A stretch of 59,381 bases of DNA, filler included. It is 4 parts of 4 records of this genome, joined end to end, with 100 filler letters (N's around TTAATTAATTAA, not from the genome) between each part and the next. Parts side by side here need not be neighbours in the genome. Positions count along the whole stretch, not along the records: positions 49,343 to 59,381 come from SRR31156797_16029; 3 more parts are not named here. One strand, given 5' to 3'. Each line of letters begins with the position of its first letter. Position 1 is the first letter of the stretch. Shown here in pieces: positions 58,261 to 59,381 of the stretch. Made by a program: the position numbers and the translations under genes. Under the pieces are notes generated by a model, which saw only the letters and a list, made by a program, of their open reading frames with translations, searched no databases and was not told where the DNA came from.

Positions 58261-58869
58261 ATGATTAAATTAGCCACTTTCGTAATGAGCAATGAGGATT
58301 ATCGCAAATGTCCTGATCATAAAAGCCCTGAATACGCTTTTATTGGTAGGTCAAATGTGGGTAAATCCAGCTTGATCAATATGCTTACAAATAAGAAGAA
58401 ACTGGCAAAAACTTCAACAAACCCCGGAAAAACACTTTTGATAAATCATTTTTTGATAGATGAAAGTTGGTATTTAGTTGATTTGCCAGGATATGGTTAT
58501 GCGAAGATTGCTAAATCAAAAAGAGCAAAGTTGAAAAGTATAATTGAATCCTACATTACCAAAAGAAAGCAATTGACTCAATTGTTTATTTTACTTGATA
58601 TAAGACATAAACCTATGGATATCGATATTGAGTTCATTAATTGGTGTGGGCAGAATGGTATTCCTTTGGGTATTATTTTCACAAAAGCTGATAAGCTCAA
58701 ACAGGATATTCTTGAACAAAATCTGGAGAATTATAAATTAGAATTACATAAATACTGGGATGAGTTGCCACCATATTTTGTAACCTCAGCCCTAAATAAC
58801 TTTGGAAGGGATGAGTTTTTAGATTATATCAACCAAATAAACAATGAAATAAAGACAGGTTCTAAATAG
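58261..58869 (+). CDS. engB: Ribosome biogenesis GTPase YihA/YsxC
   Basis: [19 protein letters not shown]. Confidence 0.95.
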   Translation: MIKLATFVMSNEDYRKCPDHKSPEYAFIGRSNVGKSSLINMLTNKKKLAKTSTNPGKTLLINHFLIDESWYLVDLPGYGYAKIAKSKRAKLKSIIESYITKRKQLTQLFILLDIRHKPMDIDIEFINWCGQNGIPLGIIFTKADKLKQDILEQNLENYKLELHKYWDELPPYFVTSALNNFGRDEFLDYINQINNEIKTGSK

Positions 58870-58901
58870 AGAAATCCCAACTTTTAGAAAAATTAAATCA
58901 T

Positions 58902-58909
58902 TACCTTTG
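58902..58909 (+). promoter_or_regulatory. Bacteroidetes -7 promoter element
   Basis: TACCTTTG upstream of prs. Confidence 0.6.
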
Positions 58910-58943
58910 CGAAAAATTTCTGACTTAATAAAAATCCATTAAA

Positions 58944-59381
58944 ATGACCGCAGAATCTCCAATCAAAATCTTTTCCGGTGAAGGCTCAACTTACGTAGCA
59001 GAAGAAATAGCTCGTTCCTATGGAACTAAACTAGGTAAATATACATTGCAAAAATTCAGTGATGGCGAATTTCAACCATCGTTTGAAGAATCTGTTAGGG
59101 GAGCACATGTTTTTATTATAGCGTCTACATTTCAACCAAATGATAATTTAGTTGAATTATTAATGATGATTGATGCTGCTAAAAGAGCAAGTGCCTACAA
59201 AATTATTGCAGTAATGCCTTACTTTGGGTTTGCTCGTCAAGACCGAAAAGATAAACCAAGAGTTAGTATAGGGGCAAAAGTTGTAGCAGATATGCTATAT
59301 GCTACTGGTGTATCCAGAATAATGACCATGGATTTACATGCTGATCAAATCCAGGGATTTTTTAATGTTCCTGTTGATCAT
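58944..59381 (+). CDS. prs: Ribose-phosphate pyrophosphokinase, 3'-truncated; absent from ORF track
   Basis: Manual translation: FSDGE, ESVRG, DAAKRASA, PYFGFARQDRKDKPR, MDLHADQIQGFF. Confidence 0.95.
   Translation, partial: MTAESPIKIFSGEGSTYVAEEIARSYGTKLGKYTLQKFSDGEFQPSFEESVRGAHVFIIASTFQPNDNLVELLMMIDAAKRASAYKIIAVMPYFGFARQDRKDKPRVSIGAKVVADMLYATGVSRIMTMDLHADQIQGFFNVPVDH

Noticed and set aside
1-59381. Horizontal transfer between alphaproteobacterial, Vibrio and Bacteroidetes segments
   Set aside because: The boundaries coincide with artificial linkers.

Overview
The window is not one locus. It is four unrelated contigs joined by identical 100-bp artificial linkers (44 N + TTAATTAATTAA + 44 N) at 14987-15086, 43536-43635 and 49243-49342. 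Taxonomic calls below are inferred from gene content and base composition judged by eye. Contig 1 (1-14986, GC-rich, Alphaproteobacteria-like): cyclase, rsmB, an sxtJ-sxtK-O-carbamoyltransferase cassette, a heparinase II/III-like gene, then a sugar-modification cluster (nucleotide-sugar dehydrogenase, DegT aminotransferase, acyltransferase, two GT2s, cupin, NDP-sugar C-methyltransferase, polytopic membrane proteins). Contig 2 (15087-43535, Vibrio-like): yceH, DUF496, a Zur-boxed rpmE2-rpmJ2 operon converging on a Zur-boxed M23 endopeptidase (ShyB-like), a secreted hydrolase, QorR/QorB, MdlAB, TSUP/LysR, tcyP, an AmmeMemoRadiSam locus whose radical SAM gene has lost its catalytic core by an in-frame deletion, and an ~11-kb AraC (YqhC-like) redox/aldehyde island. 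That island carries a repeated operator and four proteins with signal peptides from families that are usually cytoplasmic. Contig 3 (43636-49242, Bacteroidales-like): AlkA-family 3' end, a membrane protein, an atypical TonB-dependent receptor and a partial VPS10/BNR protein. Contig 4 (49343-59381, AT-rich Bacteroidetes): housekeeping genes (rpsA, STAS, rnz, POTRA OMP, CBS, pdxJ, esterase, exonuclease, udk, manA, DUF1571, engB, prs). I found no CRISPR array, tRNA, rRNA, transposase or integrase. The best leads are the core-deleted AmrS with intact AmrA/AmrB, the AraC island with exported CMD/cupin/flavodoxin/cyclophilin-like proteins, and the carbamoyltransferase/C-methyl sugar locus.
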